Assembly (NCBI GenBank): GCA_947176965.1
Contig: CAMWSU010000001.1
Coordinates: forward strand, 68,888 to 132,887
From: an uncultured Lachnospiraceae bacterium
Lineage (GTDB): Bacteria; Bacillota; Clostridia; Lachnospirales; Lachnospiraceae
DNA length: 64,000 nucleotides
Direction of reading: 5' to 3'
In this document: positions 1 to 8,324 of the stretch, piece after piece
Numbering within the stretch: the stretch's first letter is position 1
Layout: each line of letters begins with the position of its first letter
Notes under the pieces: generated by a model
What the model was told of the DNA's origin: nothing
Databases searched by the model: none
The model's input: the letters and a program-made list of their open reading frames with translations, nothing else
Position numbers and translations under genes: made by a program

Positions 1-2
1 TG

Positions 3-230
3 GATCCGTCAAAAAAAGAATATCTGGAGGCGGCGCGCGCAGAGTGGACGTACATTCAGGAGCACCTGATCGACAGCCGTGCGGATTCCGAGTGGTTTTG
101 GGAAGTGGACATCGAGGGAAAACCCACGAGCAGGAAACCGATCGTGGAGCCTTGGAAATGCCCGTATCATAACGGGCGGATGTGCTTTGAAGTCATCCGT
201 CGTGCGGAAAAATTGGACGTAGAGCTGTAA
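3..230 (+). CDS. C-terminal fragment of an AGE-family epimerase, most likely cellobiose/mannobiose 2-epimerase (5' end outside window)
   Basis: The frame is open from the window edge to TAA 228-230. The translation ends ...IVEPWKCPYHNGRMCFEVIRRAEKLDVEL, which carries the W-K-x-P-Y-H-N-G-R motif typical of N-acylglucosamine/cellobiose 2-epimerases. It sits directly upstream of a GH130 phosphorylase. It is absent from the ORF track because it has no start. Confidence 0.7.
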   Translation, partial: DPSKKEYLEAARAEWTYIQEHLIDSRADSEWFWEVDIEGKPTSRKPIVEPWKCPYHNGRMCFEVIRRAEKLDVEL

Positions 231-323
231 ACATAATTGCGGAACTGTATATTTGCACATTCATAAACGCGATGGATGCGTTCCGCAATTACATATTTCA
301 CATCAATCATAAGGAGGGAACCT

Positions 324-1496
324 ATGTTGCATGAGCAGTATTATGTGGAGCTTGCCAAGCAGAAGAAGCTTCTCGAGAGAAAAAATGTAAAGAGCGATGC
401 CTATAACGGAATTTATGACCGTTATGAGTATCCCGTATTGACAAGCGGGCATATCCCGCTGACATGGCGTTATGACTTGAATCCGGAGACGAACCCGTAT
501 TTTATGGAACGGCTCGGCATCAACGCTGTCATGAATTCCGGCGCGATCGAGTTAAACGGAAAATACTATCTGGTGGCAAGGATCGAGGGAAATGACCGCA
601 AATCGTTCTTTGGCGTTGCCGAAAGCGATAACGGGATCGACGGATTCCGGTTCTGGGATTATCCGATCCTGCTTGATGATACCTGCCCTGAGGAGACGAA
701 TGTGTACGACATGCGCTTAACGAAGCATGAGGACGGTTATATTTACGGCGTATTCTGCTCGGAGAGCAAGGATAAAACGGTAAACGATCTGTCCGCGGCG
801 GTTGCGGCAGCAGGCATCGTCAGGACGAAGGACTTAAAGAAGTGGGAGCGCCTTGAGAACTTAAAGACCTTAAATTCCCCGCAGCAGAGGAACGTCGTGC
901 TGCATCCGGAATTTGTAAACGGAAAATATGCGTTCTACACGAGACCGATGGACGATTTCATTGACACCGGTTCCGGCGGCGGTGTCGGCTTCGGTTTATG
1001 CGACGATATCACCCATGCGGTCATTGACGAGGAGATCATCACGAGCAAGCGGAAATATCACACGATCACGGAGGCAAAGAACGGTGCGGGCGCCGTGCCG
1101 ATCAAAACGCCGAAGGGCTGGATCCATATTGCGCACGGCGTGCGTAATACGGCAGCAGGCTTACGCTATGTCATCTATGCGTTTGCAACGGACTTAAACG
1201 ATCCCTCGAAGGTCATTGCGGAGCCGTCGGGCTTACTGATCGGTCCGCATGGAAAAGAGCGCGTCGGCGACGTCAGCAATGTCGTGTTCACGAACGGCGC
1301 GATCGCAAAGGACAATGGGGATGTGTATATTTACTATGCGTCCAGCGATACGAGGATGCATGTGGCGACAACGACGATTGAACGGCTCATGGATTATGTA
1401 TTTAACACGCCGGAAGATCCGGGACGTTCCGTAGAGTGCGTCGCGCAGCGCTGTGAGCTGATCAGAAAAAATCTGGAATTTTTAGGTAAATCATAA
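324..1496 (+). CDS. GH130 phosphorylase, 4-O-beta-D-mannosyl-D-glucose phosphorylase-like (GH130_1 type)
   Basis: Start moved to ATG 324, behind AAGGAGGG at 311-318. The N-terminus [40 protein letters not shown] and the length (~390 aa) resemble the long GH130 mannosylglucose phosphorylases. The adjacent epimerase fits the pathway. Confidence 0.85.
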   Translation: MLHEQYYVELAKQKKLLERKNVKSDAYNGIYDRYEYPVLTSGHIPLTWRYDLNPETNPYFMERLGINAVMNSGAIELNGKYYLVARIEGNDRKSFFGVAESDNGIDGFRFWDYPILLDDTCPEETNVYDMRLTKHEDGYIYGVFCSESKDKTVNDLSAAVAAAGIVRTKDLKKWERLENLKTLNSPQQRNVVLHPEFVNGKYAFYTRPMDDFIDTGSGGGVGFGLCDDITHAVIDEEIITSKRKYHTITEAKNGAGAVPIKTPKGWIHIAHGVRNTAAGLRYVIYAFATDLNDPSKVIAEPSGLLIGPHGKERVGDVSNVVFTNGAIAKDNGDVYIYYASSDTRMHVATTTIERLMDYVFNTPEDPGRSVECVAQRCELIRKNLEFLGKS

Positions 1497-1526
1497 CGAT
1501 CTGATGTGAATTTTGATCGGGACGGA

Positions 1527-1557
1527 CAAAAAGAGCTTCCTTAGGAGGCTCTTTTTC
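1527..1557 (+). terminator. Rho-independent terminator after GH130_1
   Basis: Stem AAGAGCTTCC / GGAGGCTCTT (1531-1553, loop TTA), then a T-run. Confidence 0.7.
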
Positions 1558-1911
1558 GTGATGGAAATCTGGCAACATTCTCCATAAATGAATTGTCAAT
1601 AGCAATTTAAGTAAAAAATGAAGGGCATATTTTATATATTTTTTACAAATCGACAGAAAAAAAACATAAATACTTGTAAAGTTGCATAGGAAAGAGTAGT
1701 ATAGAAACGATAAGAGGCTATCATTTTGCATATTTTTATATTTGTTTTTAAGTAAAAAGCATATTGCCGTAAAAAATGAGATTTATGCGGAATACTTAAA
1801 TTAACCTAATAAACCCGGTAGAGTTAGCTAATAAACAAGCTAAGGTTATTTAACAAACAGAGCGGAATTAGCTAAATGTAACTGATATTACTTAAATAGC
1901 AGGTAACGGAA

Positions 1912-3450
1912 ATGAAGAAGAGAGCAGCAGTTTTAATGATCGTATGCGTGCTGACGGCGGCGCTTGCCGCCTGCGGTGCAGGGAAATCGGATGGGGACAC
2001 CCAGGGACAAGACGGCGCGGCATCGGGACAGGATGAAAACACTCCCGTACAGCGAACAGTCGTCGGTGAGTATGAGGCGGAGAACGGAAGCTTTACGGGC
2101 AATGTCAGAGCCGGCAGCCGTGTCGAGGGATATTCGGGCGAAGGCTATGCGGAAGGGTTTGAAAACGACGGCGATATCTGCACGATCACCGTACATATTG
2201 AGACGGACGGATTTTATGATTTGGCATTTACGCATGCGCAGCTTGGCGGGTACAAAGAAAATAAAGTATCGCTTGACGGAGGAGAGATTGGCTACATCGC
2301 AAGCGAGACGGCCGATTTCGCGACGACGGAGTTGGAACGCATCTATATGGAAGCCGGTGATCATGAGATCGGCGTGATCAAATACTGGGGATATATTGCA
2401 TTGGATAAATTAACGGTATACGAAAGTCCTGAGCTGGGCGAGGCGTTTTATCAGGTATCGGCGAAGCTTGTCAACGAGAATGCGGATGACTGTGCAAAGC
2501 GCCTGATGAGTTATCTCTGTGATAATTATGGAACGAATGTCCTGACAGGTCAATATTGCGATACGGGACTTTACGGTAAGGAAACGGCGTGTATTTGGAA
2601 GGAAACGGGAAAATTTCCGGCGGTCGTCGGTTTGGACATGATGGGATATACGCCGACCTTCGTGGCGAACGGCAGCGAGGGGAAATCGATCGAATACGCG
2701 AAACAGGCGTGGGAGGAAGGCGCGATCGTTACGATGTGCTGGCATTGGAGCGCACCGGCGGAGTATGTCACAGGCACATGGTATAGTGCATTTTACAAAG
2801 AGCATACAAACATCGACCTGGATGCAATTATGAACGGGGAAGATGAAGCGGGGATGGAAGCGCTGCTCTCAGATATGGATGCCATCGCAGGGGAACTAAA
2901 AGAACTGCAGGAGGCGGGCGTGCCGATCCTGTGGAGACCGCTTCATGAAGCGAGCGGCGGATGGTTTTGGTGGGGAGACTGTGAAGCGGAGTCCAATATT
3001 GCATTATACCGCCTTATGTATGACAAATTTACGAATGAATATGGATTAAACAATCTCATCTGGGTGTGGAACGGGCAGGACGCCGAATGGTATCCGGGTG
3101 ATGATGTGGTTGATATTGTCGGCATTGACATTTACGCCGGCGAGCATCAATACAGCTCACAGATTGCGACATTCCTTGAGGTAAACCGTTATGCGGGCGG
3201 CAAAAAACTGGTCGTCCTTTCCGAGAACGGAACGATCCCGGATCCTGACCTTATGATCAGAGACGGCGCTATGTGGGGCTTTTATGCGACGTGGGGCGGC
3301 GATTTCGTGGCGGCTCCGGTGGGAGTCAACAAGTACGTCGAGACCTACACGGAGGCGGATATTTTGAAGCGGGTATATGAGCATGAGCATATGATTACGC
3401 TTGATGAAGTTCCCGATCTGACAACCTACCCGATCAGGGAGGATGCATAG
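1912..3450 (+). CDS. Endo-beta-1,4-mannanase lipoprotein, CBM35/CBM6-like module + GH26 catalytic domain
   Basis: Lipobox LTAALAAC-G. The N-terminal YEAENGSFTGN...GYSGEGYAEGF segment has a CBM35-type signature. The catalytic region contains WRPLHEASGGWFWWG, the GH26 motif. Confidence 0.88.
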   Translation: MKKRAAVLMIVCVLTAALAACGAGKSDGDTQGQDGAASGQDENTPVQRTVVGEYEAENGSFTGNVRAGSRVEGYSGEGYAEGFENDGDICTITVHIETDGFYDLAFTHAQLGGYKENKVSLDGGEIGYIASETADFATTELERIYMEAGDHEIGVIKYWGYIALDKLTVYESPELGEAFYQVSAKLVNENADDCAKRLMSYLCDNYGTNVLTGQYCDTGLYGKETACIWKETGKFPAVVGLDMMGYTPTFVANGSEGKSIEYAKQAWEEGAIVTMCWHWSAPAEYVTGTWYSAFYKEHTNIDLDAIMNGEDEAGMEALLSDMDAIAGELKELQEAGVPILWRPLHEASGGWFWWGDCEAESNIALYRLMYDKFTNEYGLNNLIWVWNGQDAEWYPGDDVVDIVGIDIYAGEHQYSSQIATFLEVNRYAGGKKLVVLSENGTIPDPDLMIRDGAMWGFYATWGGDFVAAPVGVNKYVETYTEADILKRVYEHEHMITLDEVPDLTTYPIREDA

Positions 3451-3453
3451 CGG

Positions 3454-4167
3454 ATGAGGGATAAAACAAATCGCGATCCTAAAAGGGAAATGACACGGGA
3501 GACGGACGGGAACGAAAAGAAACCCGAACGAAAAATACTCGGCTCGGAAGGTGAACTGATCTATGTTATGACGAAGATCGGACAGGTTATCATCCTGAAT
3601 CTTCTGTGGCTGGTATCCTGTATCCCGATCATTACGATCGGTACGGCGACAACGTCTCTGTATTACGCAATGATGAAAAATATCCGCAGAAACCGGAGTT
3701 ATCCGACCACCGAATATATTGCTTCTTTTAAGCGGACGTTTTTAAGCGGCAGTATTCTGACAGCGGCGATGGCAGTGTGGCTCTTTGCGTTGTATCATCT
3801 CCGGCTGATCGCGTTGGACCAGGGAACGGAGACAGGCGTTTTTCTAAGCCGCACTTATATCACACTCATGATCGTAACGGCGGGCATTGCAGTGTATTTG
3901 TTTCCGGTGCTGTCAAGGTTTACGATGAAGCTCTCCTCTATGGTGAAGCTGGCGTTTGTCATGGCGGTGCGGTATATCGGATTTACCATATTGATCCTTG
4001 CGGGAACGGGTCTGCTTGCGTGGCTGATCTTTCGCTATCTGCCCATGGCGACGATTCTCTTTCTGCCGGGAATGTGGTGTTATGTATGCACATTCATGAT
4101 AGAGCGGGCACTGCGAAGATACATGCCGAAGCCCGACGGCAATGAGGACGCGTGGTATTACGAATAA
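3454..4167 (+). CDS. DUF624/YesL-like integral membrane protein (copy 1)
   Basis: ILNLLWLVSCIPIITIGTATTSLYYAMMKNIRRN is the hallmark N-terminal segment of YesL-type proteins found beside sugar ABC systems. Several TM helices. The start is uncertain (3454 or 3490). Confidence 0.75.
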   Translation: MRDKTNRDPKREMTRETDGNEKKPERKILGSEGELIYVMTKIGQVIILNLLWLVSCIPIITIGTATTSLYYAMMKNIRRNRSYPTTEYIASFKRTFLSGSILTAAMAVWLFALYHLRLIALDQGTETGVFLSRTYITLMIVTAGIAVYLFPVLSRFTMKLSSMVKLAFVMAVRYIGFTILILAGTGLLAWLIFRYLPMATILFLPGMWCYVCTFMIERALRRYMPKPDGNEDAWYYE

Positions 4168-4168
4168 A

Positions 4169-4223
4169 AAAGAATGGCGCAAAGCGCCATTCTTTCGAAG
4201 AATTCGCCTTTGGCGGATGCTTC
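4169..4223 (+). repeat. Double-hairpin intergenic module, copy A (second copy at 43508-43563)
   Basis: It begins right after stop TAA 4165-4167. Hairpin 1 is AGAATGGCGC-AAA-GCGCCATTCT and hairpin 2 is GAAGAATTCGCC-TTT-GGCGGATGCTTC. The ~60 nt align with the copy downstream of rnj at roughly 80% identity by eye. Confidence 0.7.
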
Positions 4224-4259
4224 CGGGACAGAGAAATTTCCTATAAGTTAAAAAGCGCA

Positions 4260-4283
4260 ACAAAGAAGAGCTCTTCTTTGTTT
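4260..4283 (+). terminator. Rho-independent terminator (perfect 22-nt palindrome + TTT)
   Basis: ACAAAGAAGAGCTCTTCTTTGT followed by TTT. It probably ends the GH26-DUF624 transcription unit. Confidence 0.7.
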
Positions 4284-4314
4284 AGTATCAAGTAATCTAT
4301 GATTACTTGATACT
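4284..4314. promoter_or_regulatory. 31-bp palindrome (14-bp arms, 3-nt centre), candidate operator or hairpin overlapping a putative -35
   Basis: AGTATCAAGTAATC-TAT-GATTACTTGATACT. The right arm contains TTGATA (4307-4312), and a weak -10 ATGAAT lies 17 nt downstream. It is upstream of the long ABC operon. Confidence 0.4.
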
Positions 4315-4382
4315 AAAGGGATGAACGGAATGAATATTTTCATATATGATTTTTGCAGGTGATAGAAAGGCTGGGTATCAAG

Positions 4383-7300
4383 ATGAGACAGGGGAAAACA
4401 AAAAAGAAATGGATGGCGGCGGTATTGACGGTGGCAGAGCTTTTTAGCGTTGTGCAGCTTGCGGCGATCAATGTCCGTGCGGAGTCTCTGATGACACAGG
4501 AGGAGTGCAAGGAAATTGTCAGCACGTATTCCGTGACCGATTCCGTTCCGGGCTACAGTGAGTATCTGGAAGCGCATGCCGGAGCAGCGCGTCCGCAGCG
4601 TGAGATTGCGGTGGATGCAGGGGACTATAGCTGCTACATGGAAAACGACGTGGAGATGACGCCGGTGATTATAACCGACTATGAGGGGATGAGCGGCGAT
4701 GCGGTTCTGACAACGGAGAACGCCTATGTAGAATACAAGGTGGACGTGCCGGAGACGGGGCTATACGAGCTTTCCTTGGAATATTACCCCGTGGAAGGCA
4801 AGAATTCCGAGATTCAGAGAAGCTTCTTTGTGGACGGAGAACTTCCTTATGGGGAGCTTTCTCTTGTCGAGTTTTCCCGTGTGTGGTCAACGGATGTTGC
4901 ACAGGCAAGCTTTGCGGACGGCATCTATGATGTAGAGTGGAACAGGGACGTGCAGGGCAATGATATGAAGCCGACGTCGGTGGAAATTCCTGAGTGGACG
5001 GTTGCGAGCCTCTATGATAACAATGGTTACATTACGGAGCCGTTATCGGTTTACCTTGAGCAGGGTACACATACGATCACGATCAATTCGCAGAGAGAGC
5101 CGATGCTCTTACGCAGGCTGATCCTATCTAACAGCGAGCCGGTCAGAAGCTACGCTGAGGTGAAAGCGGCGTGGGATGCGCAGGGTGCGCAGCCGACAAG
5201 CGGACAGAATATCATGGTCCAGGCGGAGAATGCGTCAAAGACGTCCTCCCAGATGCTTTATCCGAAGCAGGATCAGTCTTCCCCGGCAGTTTCGCCGAGC
5301 AGTGCAAAGGCGCTTCTGAACAACAGTATCGGCGGCGAGAGCTGGAGCGATGCGGGACAATGGATCGAATGGGAGTTCACGGTGCCGGAATCGGGCTATT
5401 ATGAAATTTCCATGTTTGATAAACAGAGCTTCATGCGCGGAATTTATGTGTCGCGCAAGATTATGATTGATGGCGTAGTGCCGTTTGAAGAAATGTCCGA
5501 TTACGGATTTACCTATTCTTCCAGCTGGCGCATGGATACGCTTGAGGATGCGGATGGGAATCCTTATCAGTTCTATCTGGAGGCGGGCAGACACACGCTC
5601 CGCATGGAGGTTGTGCTTGGTGAGTTTTCCAGTGTCATTGCCGAGGTTCAGGACTGTGTATCTCAATTAAATGCCATTTACAGAAAGCTGATCCGTATCA
5701 CGGGTGTGAGCCCGGATACTTACCGCGATTATCAGATCGCCGCGTCCCTGCCGGGATTGGTAGATGAGATGACGGTGGTACGTGACCAGCTGAATGACGC
5801 GATCGCTGCACTGCGTACGGCGGCGGGAGGCTCCTCTGACAAGGAAACCGTGCTGATCACGATGCGCGACCAGCTTGACTATCTGATCAAAGACGAAGAG
5901 CGGTTCGTAAAGGTTGTCGGTACCTATAAGCAGAACGTCCGGGCATGCGGTAACTGGATCACGCAGGTTATCAGCCAGCCGCTGCAGCTTGACCGGATTT
6001 TCATCCGTTCCTCGGATGTGACGAACAAGGTTTCCTCCAATTCGTTTTGGGATAAGCTGGTATACGAGATTAAAAGATTATTCTACTCCTTTGTGATTGA
6101 TTACAACTCTCTCGGTGCAACGGGAGAAGAGAGCGCCGATAACAAACCGATCACGCTTTGGATCGGAACGGGACGTGATCAGGCGAATGTCATCCGCTCC
6201 CTGATCGACGAATCCTTTACAAGCAAGACAGGTATTAACGTGAACGTACAGCTTGTGGATATGAACACACTGCTGCGCGCCGAGCTTGCGGGAGAGGGAC
6301 CGGATGTGGCGATACAGGTTGCCAATACGAACGGTGTTGCCGGAGCGGTCTTAAATACAGGTAACGATACCCCTGTCAATTATGGACTGCGAAATGCCGT
6401 GCTTGACCTGACGCAGTTTTCGGATTTTGATGAGGTGGCGGCGCGGTTTTATCCGAGTGCGCTGACGGCGTTCTCCTTTGACGGCGCGACCTATGCGCTG
6501 CCTGAGACGCAGACATTCCCTGTGATGTTCTATCGCAAGGATATTTTAACGGAGCTTGGTTTGGAGATTCCGGAGACATGGGATGATGTAAAGGTCATCA
6601 TGTCCGTACTTGCAAAGAACCAGATGGAGTTCGGTATGCTGCCGTCTGAGCAGATCTTCGCAATGCTTCTTTATCAGAACGGAGGAGAGTATTACAACGA
6701 GGGCGGTATTTCCTCAGCGCTTGATTCGGATATTGCAGTGAATACGTTCAAGGAATACTGCGAATATTATACGGATTACGGACTGGATAAGACGACGAGT
6801 GTGGAAGAGCGTTTCCGTACCGGTGAGTGTCCGATCATTATTGCAGATTACACGGTATACAACAATCTGGAGGTGTCCGCGCCGGATATTGCCGGACTGT
6901 GGGATTTCACGATTGTTCCGGGAACCGTACAGGAGGACGGCACGGTCGATCACTCTGTCGGATGTACGGGACTTGCGAGTCTGATCATGGCGGATACCGA
7001 TCAGCCGGATGCATGCTGGGAGTTCTTAAAATGGTGGACCTCCGCTGATGTGCAGGCGCTGTTCGACCGCGAGATGGAATCCTTGATGGGTTCTGCGGCG
7101 CGAGTTGCGACGGCAAATCAGGAGGCATTCGGGCGTATGCCGTGGAAAGTAGATACGTATGAAGCACTGGCGGAAGCGTTCACATGGGTGAAAGGAATTC
7201 CACAGGTACCGGGCGGTTATTATTCCTGGCGTAACGTTAATAACGCGTTCTATACGGTAACGACGGATACCGATACGGCATCGCCCCGCGAGGAGCTGAT

Positions 7301-7394
7301 GGATAAGGTACTCTACATTAACGATGAGATCACCTATAAACGAAAAGAATTTAATCTGATCACATTAGATGACTTAGAGGGGGAGGGCAATTAA
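4383..7394 (+). CDS. Giant (~1000 aa) extracellular solute-binding protein: signal/anchor + two CBM6/35-like beta-sandwich modules + helical linker + family-1 ABC substrate-binding domain
   Basis: Start chosen at MRQGKTKKKWMAAVLTV (signal-like). There are two internally similar modules: AYVEYKVDVPETGLYELSLEYYP... (about 4600-5150) and GQWIEWEFTVPESGYYEISMF... (about 5210-5640). The C-terminal ~415 aa (about 6144-7391, ITLWIGTGRDQANVIRSLIDE...) look like a sugar SBP. Stop TAA abuts the next ATG. Confidence 0.75.
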   Translation: MRQGKTKKKWMAAVLTVAELFSVVQLAAINVRAESLMTQEECKEIVSTYSVTDSVPGYSEYLEAHAGAARPQREIAVDAGDYSCYMENDVEMTPVIITDYEGMSGDAVLTTENAYVEYKVDVPETGLYELSLEYYPVEGKNSEIQRSFFVDGELPYGELSLVEFSRVWSTDVAQASFADGIYDVEWNRDVQGNDMKPTSVEIPEWTVASLYDNNGYITEPLSVYLEQGTHTITINSQREPMLLRRLILSNSEPVRSYAEVKAAWDAQGAQPTSGQNIMVQAENASKTSSQMLYPKQDQSSPAVSPSSAKALLNNSIGGESWSDAGQWIEWEFTVPESGYYEISMFDKQSFMRGIYVSRKIMIDGVVPFEEMSDYGFTYSSSWRMDTLEDADGNPYQFYLEAGRHTLRMEVVLGEFSSVIAEVQDCVSQLNAIYRKLIRITGVSPDTYRDYQIAASLPGLVDEMTVVRDQLNDAIAALRTAAGGSSDKETVLITMRDQLDYLIKDEERFVKVVGTYKQNVRACGNWITQVISQPLQLDRIFIRSSDVTNKVSSNSFWDKLVYEIKRLFYSFVIDYNSLGATGEESADNKPITLWIGTGRDQANVIRSLIDESFTSKTGINVNVQLVDMNTLLRAELAGEGPDVAIQVANTNGVAGAVLNTGNDTPVNYGLRNAVLDLTQFSDFDEVAARFYPSALTAFSFDGATYALPETQTFPVMFYRKDILTELGLEIPETWDDVKVIMSVLAKNQMEFGMLPSEQIFAMLLYQNGGEYYNEGGISSALDSDIAVNTFKEYCEYYTDYGLDKTTSVEERFRTGECPIIIADYTVYNNLEVSAPDIAGLWDFTIVPGTVQEDGTVDHSVGCTGLASLIMADTDQPDACWEFLKWWTSADVQALFDREMESLMGSAARVATANQEAFGRMPWKVDTYEALAEAFTWVKGIPQVPGGYYSWRNVNNAFYTVTTDTDTASPREELMDKVLYINDEITYKRKEFNLITLDDLEGEGN

Positions 7395-8324
7395 ATGGCA
7401 TCAAAGGAAGCTTTGGAAGTGGCCAGAAAGCAAGGAACGCTTGGCTACCGCATTAAGAAAAACAAATCCTGCTATATCATGATGGCGCCGTATTTTATCC
7501 TGTTCTTCCTGTTCACAGTGCTGCCGGTGCTTATGTCGATCGCATTGAGCTTCACATACTTCAACATGCTGGAGTGGCCGACGTTTAACGGATGGAACAA
7601 TTATGTGAAGCTGCTGCTGGAGGATGACATTTTCCTTGTGTCCCTGAAGAATACGCTGATCTTCGCAGTGGTGACGGGACCGGTCAGCTATTTCCTCTGC
7701 CTCATGTTCGCGTGGATCATCAATGAGTTTTCAAGCAAGATCAGAACGCTGCTTACCTTGATCTTTTATGCGCCGTCCATCTGCGGTAACGCATATATGG
7801 TATGGCAGTTGATCTTATCGAGCGACAGATACGGATACTTGAACGGTATTCTGATCAAGCTCGGCATTATCAATGAACAAAAGCTGTGGATGCAGGATGC
7901 GAAGTTTATTCTGCCCTGTCTGATCGTCGTACAGCTCTGGCTCTCGCTTGGTACCGGCTTCCTTTCATTCATTGCCGGTCTGCAGACTGTCGATAAGAGC
8001 CTGTATGAGGCGGCGGCATTGGACGGTGTCAAGAACCGCTGGCAGGAGTTGTGGTATGTGACGCTCCCGTCCATGAGACCGCAGTTGATGTTCGGTGCGG
8101 TTATGCAGATCACACAGTCGTTTGCTGTTGCGGATATTTCCATCCAGTTAGCCGGAAACCCATCCGTCAACTACGCGGGCGCAACGGTCGTCACGCACCT
8201 GTTGGATTACGGTTCCACCCGATTTGATATGGGTTATGCCTCCGCAATCGCAACCGTGCTCTTCCTGCTAATGGTCGGCACGAACAAGCTTGTACAAAAA
8301 CTGTTGAGAAGGGTGGGAGAGTAA
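7395..8324 (+). CDS. Sugar ABC transporter permease (MalF/LplB-like)
   Basis: Six-TM pattern. The EAA-type loop is YEAAALDGVKNRWQELWYVTLPSMRP. It starts 1 nt after the SBP stop. Confidence 0.9.
   Translation: MASKEALEVARKQGTLGYRIKKNKSCYIMMAPYFILFFLFTVLPVLMSIALSFTYFNMLEWPTFNGWNNYVKLLLEDDIFLVSLKNTLIFAVVTGPVSYFLCLMFAWIINEFSSKIRTLLTLIFYAPSICGNAYMVWQLILSSDRYGYLNGILIKLGIINEQKLWMQDAKFILPCLIVVQLWLSLGTGFLSFIAGLQTVDKSLYEAAALDGVKNRWQELWYVTLPSMRPQLMFGAVMQITQSFAVADISIQLAGNPSVNYAGATVVTHLLDYGSTRFDMGYASAIATVLFLLMVGTNKLVQKLLRRVGE

Noticed and set aside
928-1434. Short + strand ORFs nested in alternative frames of real genes. Examples: 928-1197, 1249-1434, 1964-2377, 3777-4145, 24984-25382 and 39618-39857.
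   Set aside because: These are off-frame overlaps within strongly supported CDSs. Their products are arginine-rich nonsense-like sequences with no independent start signals.
1675-1688. TGTAAAGTTGCATA, checked as a catabolite-responsive element (cre) upstream of GH26.
   Set aside because: It lacks the central CG and misses several conserved positions of TGWAANCGNTNWCA. This is not better than chance in an AT-rich spacer.
1462-1731. 89-aa minus-strand ORF in the AT-rich spacer upstream of GH26.
   Set aside because: It overlaps the GH130_1 terminator and 3' end. The translation is AT-rich and low-complexity (F/L/I/K/Y), with no SD. It is typical of spurious ORFs in AT-rich intergenic DNA.
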